From: Terriglobia bacterium
GTDB taxonomy: Bacteria; Acidobacteriota; Terriglobia; JAJPHL01; JAPKYU01
Direction of reading: 5' to 3'
DNA: 64,000 nt
Assembly (NCBI GenBank): GCA_965206645.1
Contig: CBDBKE010000004.1
Coordinates: 1,856,001-1,920,000, forward strand
Below are positions 1 to 9,422 of this stretch, piece after piece. Positions within the stretch are counted from its first letter, which is position 1, and each line of letters begins with the position of its first letter. The notes under the pieces were generated by a model. It made no database searches. It saw only the letters and a program-made list of their open reading frames with translations, and was not told the DNA's origin. The translations under genes were made by a program, and so were the position numbers.

Positions 1-654
1 CCCAGCAAGGGCGTGCCGTTTTTCATCGAAGACTGGCCCAGCGTGGTGCTGGAAGGTCTCCGGGTTGCCAACGAAAACAACTGGTTTCCGGTGATGACGC
101 TGATCGTGGGCAGCCCCGGCGAGGCCGATGAAGACGTGATGGCCACGCTGGACCTGATTTACGAGATGGAGCGACGCGGCTTGTTCGCCATTCTGGTGCC
201 CTCCATCTTCACGCCCCTGCACGATACCCGCTTGGAGGCGTCCATGGGCGTGACCGAAACGCAGCAACTGACTCCGCTGCAGTGGCAGCTCATCCTGAAG
301 TGCTGGAAATTTGATCTGCGCCCTGCCCTGCAAAGCTGGTGGGGTCCCACCGTCTGGCGTGTGGGTTCCATCAGCATGTGGCTCTACAAGCTGCGGCGGC
401 TCAACGGGCCGAACTTCACCTGGCCGTTGTGGATGTTTTCCGGGGCTGTCCCGGAGAAGTTGCTGGCCTGGATGGGAAAGATTTACATCGGCAAGCCGCT
501 GAAGACCAAGACCCGCAAAGAATTGATCGCCTCAGTGAAGCCCCATTACTTACAATATTTTCGCGCGGACAACGAAGACCTTCCCGACCACTACACGCCG
601 CCCCGGCCCGACCCGCAAGCCCGAGCCCAGGAACCCCTGCGAGTCGTTTCCTGA
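1..654 (+). CDS. 3' part of a B12-dependent radical SAM protein, GDGT ring synthase (GrsA/GrsB)-like; truncated by the window edge
   Basis: Frame is open from base 1: PSKGVPFFIEDWPSVV...FPVMTLIVGSPGEADEDVMATLDL...ILVPSIFTPL. This resembles the remembered C-terminal half of Grs-type enzymes (P.K..PF...W..V, TLI.G.PGE.E.DV, LVP.FF.P). Confidence 0.6.
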   Translation, partial: PSKGVPFFIEDWPSVVLEGLRVANENNWFPVMTLIVGSPGEADEDVMATLDLIYEMERRGLFAILVPSIFTPLHDTRLEASMGVTETQQLTPLQWQLILKCWKFDLRPALQSWWGPTVWRVGSISMWLYKLRRLNGPNFTWPLWMFSGAVPEKLLAWMGKIYIGKPLKTKTRKELIASVKPHYLQYFRADNEDLPDHYTPPRPDPQARAQEPLRVVS

Positions 655-799
655 ACCGCCAGTCTACGGTCCCAGGGCGCCCTCTCTGCATCAGAAGAAG
701 TTGTTGAGCCTCGGTAGAAATCTACGCCAACAGATCAACGTCGAGCGGGGGTGGGTAAGGCTGCTCGGAGGGAAGGGATGCGGGCCTGAAAAGGTCAGC

Positions 800-1300
800 T
801 CAGATGAAAAGTTCTTCGTCCTGAGTAGCGCGTTCGGGGGTCCGGCGGCGGCGGCCGACCAGGTGGTCCATGGCGACGCGGAGGCCATGCAGGAAGGCTT
901 CTAGCTCCCGCACCGGCCGCACCAGGCTCTTCTCCATAAACTCTACGCTTCGTTCGATCCGGTTGAAGACATCTGCAACCAGTTGATCCGCACGGACCAC
1001 CTGGAGGCGGGTGCGATCGGTGGCTTCACTCATCAGCTTGTCGACCCGGCCCATTTGGGTCCGCGCGCCTTCGGAGAGCTCCTCCAGTGTTTCGGCGAGC
1101 CGGTCCACTTCCTTGCGGGTGCTTTCCACTAGGGAGCGGGCGCTAATGAGCAGAGGGGACAGGTCGCGATCCAGCAAACTCTGCACTCGCACCTGCAGGT
1201 CTCGGAAACCCAAGTAGAGGGCGACCAGCACACCCAGCTGCAGGACCACCGCCAGGCCGATCACCACGACGTAGATTGTTAGCCAGAGGGGAGCTTCCAT
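800..1300 (-). CDS. Membrane-anchored coiled-coil hypothetical protein (DUF948-like)
   Basis: N-terminal TM helix followed by a helical region; directly downstream of a YtxH-like gene. Confidence 0.7.
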   Translation of the reverse strand: MEAPLWLTIYVVVIGLAVVLQLGVLVALYLGFRDLQVRVQSLLDRDLSPLLISARSLVESTRKEVDRLAETLEELSEGARTQMGRVDKLMSEATDRTRLQVVRADQLVADVFNRIERSVEFMEKSLVRPVRELEAFLHGLRVAMDHLVGRRRRTPERATQDEELFI

Positions 1301-1312
1301 CTGAGGCCAGTC

Positions 1313-1612
1313 TCAGTTCTTGGAACCGGAAGGTTCGCTGGCATCGCGGTAGGCTCGCTTACCGGCATCCACCGCCGACTGAAGATTCTCCTTCTGCCTC
1401 GCCGCCGTGTCCTTACCTTTGGCGATGTAGTCGTCGGCCTGATCGCGCAGTTCGCGGCTCCGGCGCTTGACGAACTCGCGCCCTTCATCGGCCTTGTGGG
1501 TGAGTAGCTCGCGGGTCTCCTCTCCGGTCCGAGGAGCGTACAGAATGCCAATCACGATGCCCATCCCTACCCCGACCAGGAAACAACCGAATTTCCCATC
1601 GCTATCTGCCAT
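1313..1612 (-). CDS. YtxH domain-containing protein
   Basis: FLVGVGMGIVIGILYAPRTGEETRE motif; ATG at 1612 with a GGAGG RBS. Confidence 0.85.
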   Translation of the reverse strand: MADSDGKFGCFLVGVGMGIVIGILYAPRTGEETRELLTHKADEGREFVKRRSRELRDQADDYIAKGKDTAARQKENLQSAVDAGKRAYRDASEPSGSKN

Positions 1613-1697
1613 AAGAACCTCCCATTGCCAGCAACGCGATGTTAACACGGTTCGCCTTCGGCGGAAACCGAAAACGGGGCAGCGCGGCGCAACCCGC

Positions 1698-3557
1698 TCA
1701 GCCAGCGGGACCGTGCAGGTGCTGGAAGATCCGTGCTGCCTGGGCACGGCCGGCCACCCGCGCCAGTTGTTCCTCGGAGACCTGCCGCAACGCCTGCAGG
1801 CTGCCGAATTGTTGGAGCAGTTTGCGCGCTGTCTTTTCGCCGATGCCGGGAATCTCCAGTAGCTCGGTGGTCAGCTGGCGAGACTCCCGGCGGTGGCGGT
1901 GGAAGCTGACGGCGAAGCGATGGGCCTCATCCCGAACCATCTGCACCAGGTGCAGCAGGGGGGAGTGGCGGTCCAACACCACCGGCTCGTCCTCCTGCTC
2001 GTACACGTAGATGACCTCCTCCTTTTTGGCGATGGCCGCCAGCGGCTGGTTGATGATGCCGCATTGCTCCAGCGCGGCCGCGGCGGCGTGGAGCTGTCCC
2101 AGGCCGCCGTCCACCAGCACCAGCCCCGGCAGCGGCTTCTGCTCCTCCTGGAGGCGCCGGTAGCGGCGGGCCACCACCTCGCGCATGCTGGCGAAGTCGT
2201 CGCTGCCCTCCACCGTGCGGATGATGAACTTGCGGTACTCCCCCTTCCGCATCTTCCCGTCCTCCCAGACAACCAAGGAGCCCACTGTGTCGGAGCCCTG
2301 CACGTGGGAAATATCGAAGCACTCGATGCGTCGCGGCGGCTCCGGCAGGCCGAGTCCCTCCTGTAACGCTTCCGCGATGGCTTTTGAGGAGGGCTTCAGC
2401 ACGCGAAAGCGCTGGTCGAAGCTGTGGCGGGCGTTCTTCTCCACCAATTCCAGCAGCGCCCGCTTCTGGCCGCGCTGCGGGGTGTGCATCTCCACCCGGC
2501 GCCCCTTCTTCTCCGACAGAACTTCGGCCAGCAGCTCGCGGTCGTCGAAGTCCACCGGAACGTGGATGGACGAGGGGACGAACTCCTGGTCCAGGTAGAT
2601 CTGCTTGAGCAGCGAGGAAAAGAAGTGCGGGGCGCTGAAGCCAGCGGCATCGTCGGCGCCCTCGGCATCCTCGGCATCCTCGGCATTCTCTTCCGGCGGC
2701 AGATCCTCCCAGAAGAACTCGCGGCGGTCCACGACGCGCCCCTTGCGCAGGTGAAACAAGTTCAGAGCGACCAGCGCGCCCTCGCGGTAGAAACCGAAGA
2801 TGTCAATGTCGTCGCCCTGGGCAGCGGCCATCTTCTGCCGCTCGTGCAGGTCTTCGACCGTGGTTGCCAGGTCGCGACAGGCGGCTGCCTGCTCGAACTG
2901 TTGCTGCTCCGAGGCCTCCAGCATTCGCTGGCGCAGGCTCTTCAGCAGGTCGCCCGAGCGTCCTTCCAGGAACAGGCGCACATCGCGCACCGCCTCGGCG
3001 TAGCGCCCGTCGGTGGTGAGTCCGGGCACGCAGGGGCCCTGGCAGCGATGGATGTGGTACTGCAGGCAGGGGCGCGGGTGGGCCCGGGTCAGGTCCACTG
3101 TGCAGGACGGCACCAGGAAACAGCGGTGGATGAAGTGCACCAGCCGATGCGCCAAGTGCGCCGGGAAGTACGGGCCGTAATAAGTGGAGCCGTCCTTCTT
3201 CAGGCGGCGGGTTACATACACCCGTGGATACTTTTCCCTCGCCGTCAGCTTGATGTACGGGTAGGTCTTGTCGTCTCGCAGCAGGACGTTGTAACGCGGC
3301 TGGAGCTGCTTGATCAGGTTGTTTTCTAGCGCCAACGCTTCCCGCTCGTTGTCCACCAGGATGTAGTGGACATCTACCGCATCCCGCAGCAGCGAGTCCG
3401 TCTTGGCGTTTTCGGCCTTCCCCTCCAGAAAGTAGCTGCGGATGCGATGCCGCAATGATTTCGACTTGCCCACGTAGATGGCTTGGCCGGTGGCGTTCAG
3501 GAATTGATACACGCCCGGCGCGGCGGGCAGCCCGGCGATTTTTTCCGGCGAAACCAT
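1698..3557 (-). CDS. uvrC: Excinuclease ABC subunit C
   Basis: GIY-YIG N-terminus (PGVY..IYVGKSKSLR), RIECFDISH, LVDGGLGQL, RDEAHRFA and a C-terminal HhH. Confidence 0.98.
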   Translation of the reverse strand: MVSPEKIAGLPAAPGVYQFLNATGQAIYVGKSKSLRHRIRSYFLEGKAENAKTDSLLRDAVDVHYILVDNEREALALENNLIKQLQPRYNVLLRDDKTYPYIKLTAREKYPRVYVTRRLKKDGSTYYGPYFPAHLAHRLVHFIHRCFLVPSCTVDLTRAHPRPCLQYHIHRCQGPCVPGLTTDGRYAEAVRDVRLFLEGRSGDLLKSLRQRMLEASEQQQFEQAAACRDLATTVEDLHERQKMAAAQGDDIDIFGFYREGALVALNLFHLRKGRVVDRREFFWEDLPPEENAEDAEDAEGADDAAGFSAPHFFSSLLKQIYLDQEFVPSSIHVPVDFDDRELLAEVLSEKKGRRVEMHTPQRGQKRALLELVEKNARHSFDQRFRVLKPSSKAIAEALQEGLGLPEPPRRIECFDISHVQGSDTVGSLVVWEDGKMRKGEYRKFIIRTVEGSDDFASMREVVARRYRRLQEEQKPLPGLVLVDGGLGQLHAAAAALEQCGIINQPLAAIAKKEEVIYVYEQEDEPVVLDRHSPLLHLVQMVRDEAHRFAVSFHRHRRESRQLTTELLEIPGIGEKTARKLLQQFGSLQALRQVSEEQLARVAGRAQAARIFQHLHGPAG

Positions 3558-3674
3558 CGCTTCTATTTTACGCTACCGCCCCGCGGCCGGAGGGAAAGCC
3601 CGTATTGCTGAATTGGGGTATGATTCTCCCAACGGCAGAATCGGCTGCCCTGCATCTTTGCCTGGGAGCCCGCG

Positions 3675-4769
3675 ATGACGAGCACAAGAACCGTTTGGCT
3701 GCTGGTGGGAATATTGTGTCTGGCCTCCTTTGCCGTGGCCCAAGACACGGCCTGGGAGAAATACAACGAGGCCGGAGTGGAGGCTTATGAGCAAGGCCGC
3801 TACACCGAGGCCGAGAAGCAGTGGAAGGCTGCCCTCAAGGAAGCGGAAAAGTTTGGCCCGAACGATTCGCGCTTGGCCACCAGCCTGAACAACCTGGCGG
3901 TGCTTTACAAGGCCCAGGGCAAGTACGGGCAGGCCGAGCCGCTCTACAAGCGGTCGCTGGCAATCAAGGAAAAGGCCCTGGGGCGGGAGCATCCGAGCGT
4001 GGCCACAAGCCTCAACAATCTCGCGGTGCTCTACGACGCCCAAGGCAAGTATGCCGAGGCTGAGCCGCTCTACCTGCGCACCATCGCGATTGATGAGAAG
4101 GCATTGGGACCGGACCACCCAGATGTTGCGACGGGCCTCAACAACCTAGCGGTGCTCTACAAAACGCAGGGCCAGTACACCGAAGCCGAGCCACTCTACC
4201 GGCGGGCGCTAGCAATTGCTGAGAAGGCCCTGGGGCCGGAGCACCCGGATGTAGCCGTCAGCCTCAACAACCTGGCGGAACTCTACCGCGCCTAGGGCCA
4301 GTATGCCGAAGCCGTGCCGCACTTTGGTCGGGCGCTAGCCATCTGGGAGAAGGTCCTGGGGCCGGAGCATCCGCACGTGGCTGCCAGCCTCAGCGGCGTG
4401 GGGTTGGTGTATCACGCCCAGGGCCAGTACGCCGAGGCGGAGCCGCTCTTGCGGCGCGCGCTGGCGATCATGGAGAAGGCGCTGGGCCCGGAGCATCCAA
4501 GCGTGGCGACCAGCCTCAACAACCTGGCGGAACTCTACCGCGCCCAGGACCAGTATGCCGAGGCCGAGCCGCTTAATGGGAGAGCGCTGGCAATCTGGGA
4601 GAAGGCGCTGGGGCCGGAACATCCAAACGTGGCCCAGAGCCTGGAGAACTATGCTGAGCTTCTACGGAAGACGAATCGGGAGGCCGAGGCGGCACGACTG
4701 AAGGCCCGCGCCCAGGCCATCCGCGCCAAACACGCCCAAGAGAACCCCCAAAAGAATCCAAAGAAGTGA
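3675..4769 (+). pseudogene. Secreted TPR protein (42-aa kinesin-light-chain-type repeats) interrupted by an in-frame TAG at 4293-4295
   Basis: Signal peptide and repeats HP.VA.SLNNLA.LY..QG.Y.EAEPL. ORFs 3675-4295 and 4314-4769 share a frame; YRA*GQY sits where other repeats read YRAQG. Confidence 0.85.
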
Positions 4770-4957
4770 TACCCGCGATCTGGGGAGAACTCCAAAAGCC
4801 AGGGCGAAGCCCCGAAGCCCGGAGATCTTTTCGGGGGAAACCATCGCTTCTATTTTGTGCCACGGCCCGATGACCGGAGGGGCCGCATTGCTGAGTTGGA
4901 GTATGATTCGCCCAAAGGGAGAATGGTCTGCCCTACCTCTCGCATTGGGAGGCCACG

Positions 4958-5677
4958 ATGACGACAATAAGAACTGTTTGGCTGCTGGTGTTGGGAGCAG
5001 TGTGTGTGGCCTCCTCCGCCGTGGTCCAAGACACGGCCTGGGAGAAGTACAACGGGGCCGGAATGGCGGCTTATGCGAGAGGCCGCCACGCTGAGGCCGA
5101 GAAGCATTGGAAGGCTGCGTTGAAGGAAGCAGAAAAGTTCGGAGAGCAAGACCCACGGCTAGCCACCAGCCTCAACAATTTGGGTATGCTCCAGAGCGGA
5201 CAGGGTAGATACACCGAGGCCGAGCCGCTCTTCCGCCGAGCGCTGGCAATCCGGGAGAAGGCCCTGGGGCCGAAACATCGCGAAGTGGCTCAGAGCCTCA
5301 ACAACCTGGCGGCACTTTACCAGGCCCAGGGCAGCCACGCCGAAGGCGAGCCGCTCTTGCGGCGGTCGGTAGCGATCCGGGAAAAGGCGCTGGGGCCGGA
5401 GCATCCTAGCGTGGCCATCAGCCTCAACAACCTGGCGTTGCTCTACCGCGCCCAGGGGAAGTACACCGAGGCCGAGCCGCTCTTCCGCCGGGCGCTGGCG
5501 GTTTGGGAGAAGGCCCTGGGGCCGGAGCATCCCAACGTGGCGATGGCTCTAGAGAATCATGCTGAGCTTCTACGGAAGACGAATCGGGCGGCCGAGGCGG
5601 CCAAAATGGAGGCCCGCGCCCAGGCCATCCGAGCCAAACACGCCCAAGAGAACCCCCCAAAGAATCCAAAGAAGTGA
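4958..5677 (+). CDS. Secreted TPR protein, paralog of 3675-4769
   Basis: Near-identical N-terminus (QDTAWEKYN) and C-terminus (AIRAKHAQENP.KNPKK), with fewer repeats. Confidence 0.9.
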   Translation: MTTIRTVWLLVLGAVCVASSAVVQDTAWEKYNGAGMAAYARGRHAEAEKHWKAALKEAEKFGEQDPRLATSLNNLGMLQSGQGRYTEAEPLFRRALAIREKALGPKHREVAQSLNNLAALYQAQGSHAEGEPLLRRSVAIREKALGPEHPSVAISLNNLALLYRAQGKYTEAEPLFRRALAVWEKALGPEHPNVAMALENHAELLRKTNRAAEAAKMEARAQAIRAKHAQENPPKNPKK

Positions 5678-5705
5678 TGCGTACGATCTGGGCAGAGCCC
5701 AAAAA

Positions 5706-5722
5706 CCGGGGCGAAACCCCGG
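5706..5722 (+). terminator. Hairpin CCGGGG-cgaaa-CCCCGG after the second TPR gene
   Basis: GC stem with an A-run on the 5' side. Confidence 0.4.
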
Positions 5723-5805
5723 CCGCCAGAGGGCGTTTCTGCGGCTGCCAGCCATCGAGCAAAGCGATATGGCCGAACGTAGGTTCGCAGAACGTGTGTA
5801 AAGAC

Positions 5806-5847
5806 TTGCAGAATCAATAGGAAACAAGTATCCTGATGGACTTGTTT
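5806..5847 (+). promoter_or_regulatory. Sigma70-type promoter of the desaturase with an overlapping inverted repeat
   Basis: TTGCAG-17 bp-TATCCT; AAACAAGT-N10-ACTTGTTT spans the -10. Confidence 0.5.
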
Positions 5848-5879
5848 GATTGCCGGGCTCGATCGCCGGAAAGAGATCC

Positions 5880-6737
5880 ATGAGTAACACGGCCACGTTG
5901 TTGAGTTCGGTGCCCGCGGTTCGAGAGCGCTTTTCTCCCGAAAAAGCTGTCATTCTCCTGGGACTCCACCTCGGAGCGATTGGTGCCCTGTGGCATACGA
6001 GCTGGGCAGCGGTGGCAGTCTGCTTCCTGCTCCACTGGGTCTGCGGCGGGCTGGGGATTTGCGTGGGTTACCATCGTCTGCTCACGCATCGGTCGTTCCG
6101 GTGTCCGCGCGCGTTGGAATACGCTCTGGCTCTGTTCGGCTCGCTCTCCCTGCACGGGGGACCGATTGAATGGGTCACTCATCATCGCCAGCACCATCAG
6201 TATCCGGACCAGGAGGGAGATCCCCACAACGCTCGCCAGAGTTTCTGGTGGAGTCACGTGTTCTGGATATTCTGGGACCATCCCCCCGAAGTTTCGCAAA
6301 AGCTCAACGAGCGCTACGTGCCCGACTTGCTGCGCGTGCCGTTCTACACCTTCCTGGCGCGGATGTATCCCTGGCTGGCAGTCTTACTGACGGTGCTGCT
6401 GTACGTCCTGGGCGGATGGCCTTTCGTGGTGTGGGGAGTATTCGTGCGTTTAGTGTTGACCTATCACTGCACTTTTTTAGTGAATTCAGCCAGCCATGGA
6501 TTTGGATACCAAAGTTTCCCCACCAATGATCTCTCCACCAACTCCTGGTGGGTGGCGCTGTTGTCCTACGGTGAGGGGTGGCACAACAACCACCACGCGT
6601 TTCCCACTTCGGCCCGGCACGGATTAAAGGCTTGGGAATTGGATCCCACCTACTGGTTCATCCGTTTGCTAAGCGCGGTGGGACTGGCATGGGACTTGCG
6701 TCTGCCGGTCCTCTCCAAAGAATCCGCGCGCTCGTGA
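5880..6737 (+). CDS. Delta-9 type acyl-CoA/acyl-lipid desaturase
   Basis: His boxes HRLLTH, HRQHH and GEGWHNNHH. Confidence 0.95.
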   Translation: MSNTATLLSSVPAVRERFSPEKAVILLGLHLGAIGALWHTSWAAVAVCFLLHWVCGGLGICVGYHRLLTHRSFRCPRALEYALALFGSLSLHGGPIEWVTHHRQHHQYPDQEGDPHNARQSFWWSHVFWIFWDHPPEVSQKLNERYVPDLLRVPFYTFLARMYPWLAVLLTVLLYVLGGWPFVVWGVFVRLVLTYHCTFLVNSASHGFGYQSFPTNDLSTNSWWVALLSYGEGWHNNHHAFPTSARHGLKAWELDPTYWFIRLLSAVGLAWDLRLPVLSKESARS

Positions 6738-6859
6738 TTTTCGGGCCTGACGCACGTCGCGACCTTTTCCCTTTCCGGGAATCGTTGTCGAACGCTAGGC
6801 AGGGCGGAACTGCACTCTCTTTTTTCCGTTCGCGGCCTGTGCTAGCCTGGCAACGAATC

Positions 6860-7171
6860 ATGTCCGACAAAAGACAACACGCACGCATCTCCTGGCTGGT
6901 CGAGGCTCAGATATGGTGCCGCGACGAAGATGTGCATTGGGATGTGCGGCTCACCGACATCAGCGAAGGCGGCTGCTTTGTGGACACGCTGGTTCCGCTG
7001 GAGGAGGGATCGCGGGTGGCGCTGAAAGTGAAAGACGATGGCGGATCGTTGGAAATCCCAGGGAAGATTCTCTACGGCCAGCCGACCATCGGCTCGGCTA
7101 TCGCCTTCGAACCGCTGGACAACAGTGTTCGGCTGCGGATCCAGAAGATCACCGCCAGCACAGGGGCTTGA
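6860..7171 (+). CDS. Single-domain PilZ protein
   Basis: RxxxR (KRQHAR) and DISEGG motifs. Confidence 0.85.
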   Translation: MSDKRQHARISWLVEAQIWCRDEDVHWDVRLTDISEGGCFVDTLVPLEEGSRVALKVKDDGGSLEIPGKILYGQPTIGSAIAFEPLDNSVRLRIQKITASTGA

Positions 7172-7214
7172 GATCCCTACCGTAGGCTTCTGTCGTAGAA
7201 ATTGGAATCTGCTT

Positions 7215-9395
7215 CTACCGCAGTACAATCTTTTCCACGGCGAGATTCTCTATCCGGTCGTAGACCCGCACCGCGATCGTGTGTTCCCCTGACGCGTTGC
7301 CTCGCAGGGTGAACCCATAGTGTTCCTGCAGCGAGTCGGAGAGCTGGTCGAGCGGGAGCACCAGTTGCCATTCCGAGCCATCCAGTGAGTACTCAGCCTT
7401 CCGGATCGGGGAGAGGGCATCGGTGGCGCGGAAACGGATCCGCAGCTTCCCGCCGTCGGGCTTCGCCTTCAGCTCCGCGATTTGCGGGGGCGTATTGTCC
7501 ACCACGAAGGGCCCGGCCTCGCGCGCGGTCGTCAGCGCATCCTGTTCGGAGTTGGAAGGGGCGTCGGAAGCCGTCACCTTGACGTAGTAGGCGCCATCGG
7601 GAAACGCGGTGGAATCCCACGAGTAGAATTGGGTGGTGAGCTTGTCTTTCAGCAGCTTCCAGGTTTCTTCGTCCCGGCCGCGGATGTATAGCGCATAGAT
7701 CAGGGTGTCGTCGTTGGTGTCGCGGGCAGCCCAGCGCGCCCCCTGGGCGCCCTTTTCTCGCACCAATTGGGTGGGGGGTGAGATGCGCGGATTGGCCGGG
7801 GTTGGGGATTTCTGCCTCCTCGGGCTCAACGGTGGCAGCGTGAGCCGTTGCACCGCTGTGCGGGCGGCGGGTGCCCTGGCTTGAAAACGGTAGCCGGCCG
7901 GGGTAGGCTCCACGCGGTCGATGATCGGCGTCAGATTCTTAGGAAAGTAAGCGATCTCTACCTTGTCCAGCAACGAGGTCCGCTTACCTTGACCGGAGGT
8001 TAGCACGCCCTTCCACTGCAAGAAGCGCGCCCCGGGGCTGCTGCTGATTTCTCCGGGTGACCGGTAGGCGGGCGACCAGGGGCTCCAGTTGCGGTCCGGG
8101 TTGTCCACGTTACCGGAGCGGGTGAACACCGTCAGGCTGGAGCCGTCCGGCGTCTCCCCCTCCCAGAAGACGCGTCCCCACCGCGCAAAATGGCGCGCGT
8201 CAAACACCTCCGATTCGAAGGTTCCCTCGGCCTCGTAGGCGCTGCTAATTTCCAGCACCCTTCCGAGATTGCTGCTCGCGGCGTAAAGCGCGCCGCTGCG
8301 GGTCTGCAAGAAGGCGGTGATCTGAGTGGATTCCGCTTTCAGCAAGCTGGTGTAGAGGTGCTCGGAGTCGATCTGGAAAACCTTCCCTTGGTTGCCGGTG
8401 CCGAGCAGGAGCTTCCCGTTGCTGTCAAAAGCCAGGGCGTAGACGACCTCATTCTTGGAGGCCCACAGTTGCCTCGGTTCCCCGTCAGGGAAGATCCGGT
8501 AGACCCCCGTGCCGCCAGCCACCGGAGGCGGCGCAGGTCGGCTCAGACGACGCACGGTAGCAGCGGCGGGTACCACCTGGGACGGCGGAGGAGCGGGAGC
8601 CGCTGGCGTAGCCGGCCGCTGTTGCTTGTTGCCCACCGCGGCCGCGTAAATGCTGCCGTCGGCGCCAATGGCCACTGCCGTAACTTCCTTCTTGTCCGCC
8701 TGGTACAGGACGAAGCCTTCGCCTGCAGGGGAAATGCGCAGGATCAGCCCGCTGGGGTCAGTGCCCACGATCACGTTGCCCGACTTGTCGACGGCGATCG
8801 AGCGGGCATGGGTTTCCTCGCTCCTGAAAAACACCTTGGCTTCACCCTTGGGGTCCACCCGGTACAGCTCGCCTTTGTCCCCGGTGGCCACCAGCAGGTT
8901 GCCCTGCGGGTCAAACGCCAACGCCCACACATACTTTGCCTCAGGCTCAAAGAAGACACTGGCTTCGCCGTCAGGGGTGATCTTGTAGATCTTGGGGTCC
9001 GGCGAAGTGGCGGCATAGAGGTTATCCGCTGCATCCACCGCCAGCGCATGAATCTCAAGGTCTTTGACCTCAAACACCGTTTCCGGTTTCGCCTCGCCGC
9101 TGGCGGCGGATGCGGAGCCGATGCGCACGACTTTGCCGGGCGAGCCCCCACCCGCGAAGACGTTACCGCGGCTGTCCTCCGCCAGCGCCCAAATGTAGTT
9201 CAGATCAGGATCGCAGACCTGACGGAACCGCGGCGCCAGGCGCAGTTTTCCGTCGCTACGAAGGGACAGGCCCTCGAGCGTGCCCTTGTCAAAATCTTGG
9301 TAGCCCTTCTGTTCCCAGAACTGCGTGTCGGCCGCCGACAGGTTCAGGGCGAGGGCCAAGCTGGAAAAAGCAACTAGAACTAGAAAATGTCTCAT
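7215..9395 (-). CDS. Secreted beta-propeller / Fn3-like protein
   Basis: Signal peptide, repeated WALA.D..GN blades, Pro-rich linkers and a C-terminal Ig-like domain. Confidence 0.85.
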   Translation of the reverse strand: MRHFLVLVAFSSLALALNLSAADTQFWEQKGYQDFDKGTLEGLSLRSDGKLRLAPRFRQVCDPDLNYIWALAEDSRGNVFAGGGSPGKVVRIGSASAASGEAKPETVFEVKDLEIHALAVDAADNLYAATSPDPKIYKITPDGEASVFFEPEAKYVWALAFDPQGNLLVATGDKGELYRVDPKGEAKVFFRSEETHARSIAVDKSGNVIVGTDPSGLILRISPAGEGFVLYQADKKEVTAVAIGADGSIYAAAVGNKQQRPATPAAPAPPPSQVVPAAATVRRLSRPAPPPVAGGTGVYRIFPDGEPRQLWASKNEVVYALAFDSNGKLLLGTGNQGKVFQIDSEHLYTSLLKAESTQITAFLQTRSGALYAASSNLGRVLEISSAYEAEGTFESEVFDARHFARWGRVFWEGETPDGSSLTVFTRSGNVDNPDRNWSPWSPAYRSPGEISSSPGARFLQWKGVLTSGQGKRTSLLDKVEIAYFPKNLTPIIDRVEPTPAGYRFQARAPAARTAVQRLTLPPLSPRRQKSPTPANPRISPPTQLVREKGAQGARWAARDTNDDTLIYALYIRGRDEETWKLLKDKLTTQFYSWDSTAFPDGAYYVKVTASDAPSNSEQDALTTAREAGPFVVDNTPPQIAELKAKPDGGKLRIRFRATDALSPIRKAEYSLDGSEWQLVLPLDQLSDSLQEHYGFTLRGNASGEHTIAVRVYDRIENLAVEKIVLR

Positions 9396-9422
9396 GGGTT
9401 CGGGTCCGATCCCAATGCGGGG

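Noticed and set aside
3880-5560. Regularly spaced DNA repeats resembling a CRISPR array
   Set aside because: These are 126-bp coding TPR repeats with no unique spacers and no cas genes.
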